Origin: Candidatus Bathyarchaeota archaeon
GTDB lineage: Archaea > Thermoproteota > Bathyarchaeia > Bathyarchaeales > Bathycorpusculaceae
Length of the DNA stretch: 64,000 nt
Assembly: GCA_963768425.1 (NCBI GenBank)
Contig: CAVYHV010000017.1
Span: forward strand, 160,001-224,000
Direction: 5' to 3'
The stretch's first letter is position 1; each line of letters begins with the position of its first letter. Shown here in pieces: positions 62,459 through 64,000 of this stretch. Position numbers and translations under genes: made by a program. The notes under the pieces were generated by a model. That model did not search any database, had not been told where the DNA came from, and worked only from the letters and a program-made list of their open reading frames with translations.

Positions 62459-63922
62459 TTGAGAAGTACGTGCATGCGAGTTTGCTTGATTAATCCGCCT
62501 CGAATCCAGCCTAAAGCATGGGGAAAACCAAACGTGTTCCCACCTATAGTTTTGGCTTCGGTTGCCGCCGTCCTCGAGAAAAAGCATGCTGCATCTATCA
62601 TCGACGCGCCAACCGAAGGCTGGAGAGACGTCACGGAGCTGGATGAAACCAAGTACCGGGTCGGCTTAAGCGATCAAACCATAGCTGAACGCATCAAACA
62701 ATGGAAACCCGACGTTGTCGTCATGGAGATTCCTTTCTCTGGTTGGTCAACCACTGCGTTCGCGGTTATCCACGCGGTAAAAGCAGCAAACAAAAAAATT
62801 GTTACAGTGTTAATGGGTCAGCATCCTTCGGCTCGACCCGAGGCTTGCCTTTCGGATTCGGATATCGATTTTGTCGTTGTGGGTGAACCTGAAAATACGG
62901 TTTTCGAGCTAATCGAAAAGCTAGAGGAAGGTAAACGGGATTTCAGCGGCATAGAAGGGTTAGTCTTCTTGGAGAATGGGAAACCGACTTACACGAAACC
63001 ACGCGCAATTATTGCCGATTTGGATTCGCTGCCGTTTCCCGCTAGGCATCTGCTTCCTATGAAGGTTTACAATGAAGCCGTTAAGGAAAACCCGTTGAGG
63101 GGTGAGATTAGCATGCCTTGGACTATCATGACGACCAGCAGAGGCTGCCCATACAGATGCGTTTTCTGCACGAACTTCATCGTTTGGGGTAGAACCTGGC
63201 GTGGCAGAAGCCCCAAAAACGTAGTGGACGAGCTTGAATCGGTTGTGAAGACTTACGGGGTAAAGCAGATTGACTTCTACGACGAGAACATGACTTTTGA
63301 CAAGAAACGCATGGCAGAAATCTGCGACCAAATAGTTGAGCGAGGCTTACACATAGAGTGGTTCACACCTAACGGCATTCGAGCAGACACGCTTGATGAA
63401 ACCCTTCTGCGAAAGATGAAACAAGCGGGCTGCAAGAAAATCCGCGTTGCCCCAGAATCAGGAGTCCAACGGATCGTCAACGAAGTTATCGGGAAAAGCT
63501 CAGATTTGAAGGCTGTCGAGAACGCCGTTGTTTTGTGCAAAAAGGTCGGGATCAAAGTAGGCTGCTTTTTCGTCTTAGGATTAATCGGGGAAACCAAAGC
63601 TGACATCGAAGAAACCATAAAATTCGCCTACAAACTCAGACGCCTAGGCGCTGATAGCCTCATATTCAGCATAGCAATGCCCATTTACGGCACGGCGCTC
63701 TATGATCAGGCAAAGCAAGGCGGCTACCTAAAAGAAGGCTTCTGCGACTACGCATTAGCAGCCACAGAACCCTTGATTGAAACCCCTGAATTCACAGCGC
63801 AAGACCTACAGGTTCTCTGCATGAAGGCAAACATGGCAAACCCAACTTTCACTAAAGCAAAAATCGCAAGAGCACTGCGCCACCCAAAGAAAACCGCCAA
63901 GATACTGCTCAAAATGAAATAA
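62459..63922 (+). CDS. Cobalamin-binding radical SAM enzyme 6
   Basis: LINPP, MGQH, GEPE, SRGCPYRCVFC, YDEN, APESG, GET, PIYGT. Confidence 0.92.
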   Translation: MRSTCMRVCLINPPRIQPKAWGKPNVFPPIVLASVAAVLEKKHAASIIDAPTEGWRDVTELDETKYRVGLSDQTIAERIKQWKPDVVVMEIPFSGWSTTAFAVIHAVKAANKKIVTVLMGQHPSARPEACLSDSDIDFVVVGEPENTVFELIEKLEEGKRDFSGIEGLVFLENGKPTYTKPRAIIADLDSLPFPARHLLPMKVYNEAVKENPLRGEISMPWTIMTTSRGCPYRCVFCTNFIVWGRTWRGRSPKNVVDELESVVKTYGVKQIDFYDENMTFDKKRMAEICDQIVERGLHIEWFTPNGIRADTLDETLLRKMKQAGCKKIRVAPESGVQRIVNEVIGKSSDLKAVENAVVLCKKVGIKVGCFFVLGLIGETKADIEETIKFAYKLRRLGADSLIFSIAMPIYGTALYDQAKQGGYLKEGFCDYALAATEPLIETPEFTAQDLQVLCMKANMANPTFTKAKIARALRHPKKTAKILLKMK

Positions 63923-64000
63923 CGAAAAGAGCCTGTGCTTTGATTTTATTTGTGTTTTTTTCACAAATATTGGATTTTTGGTTAAATTGAACCTGCAGGT

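Noticed and set aside
39248-63922. RiPP cluster interpretation of the radical SAM and SPASM genes
   Set aside because: No convincing precursor peptide, RRE/PqqD domain, peptidase or exporter; the neighbours point to lipid, glycan or cobamide chemistry.
1-64000. CRISPR array, rRNA or tRNA genes
   Set aside because: No regularly spaced repeats or recognisable structural RNA genes seen.

Overview
Archaeal genomic DNA, most likely Bathyarchaeia. This is inferred from gene content: AglB, thermosome, prefoldin beta, archaeal CobY/CobT, a Tes homolog and the large secreted PQQ-like beta-propeller protein next to an Lrp regulator. About 15 otherwise intact genes carry single-base frameshifts, which looks like uncorrected long-read indels rather than real decay. 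The window has three parts. (1) 1-19.4 kb: housekeeping genes (aglB, RsmB-type methyltransferase, speB, two moeA, thyA-like, thermosome, sua5, a PAC4-like protein, pfdB, DHH). (2) 19,442-24,947: a complete 5.5-kb AT-rich cargo transposon with 27-bp imperfect terminal inverted repeats starting GGTTCTGT, an 8-bp target duplication (TCACGCTT), one IS6-like SWIM/Zn/DDE transposase, and cargo including a three-gene MazEF-type module. (3) 25-64 kb: an ECF transporter core followed by a ~35-kb cluster. It combines late cobamide genes (cobY x2, cobS x2, cobT, cobD, cbiB), three DUF71/Dph6-like ligases, six cobalamin-binding radical SAM enzymes, a tetraether synthase (Tes) homolog, a divergent UbiA prenyltransferase, a SPASM radical SAM enzyme, five glycosyltransferases and a sugar epimerase. 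This cluster is the best candidate for an undescribed system, possibly B12-dependent tetraether-lipid tailoring. All family calls come from motif recognition by eye; no searches were run.
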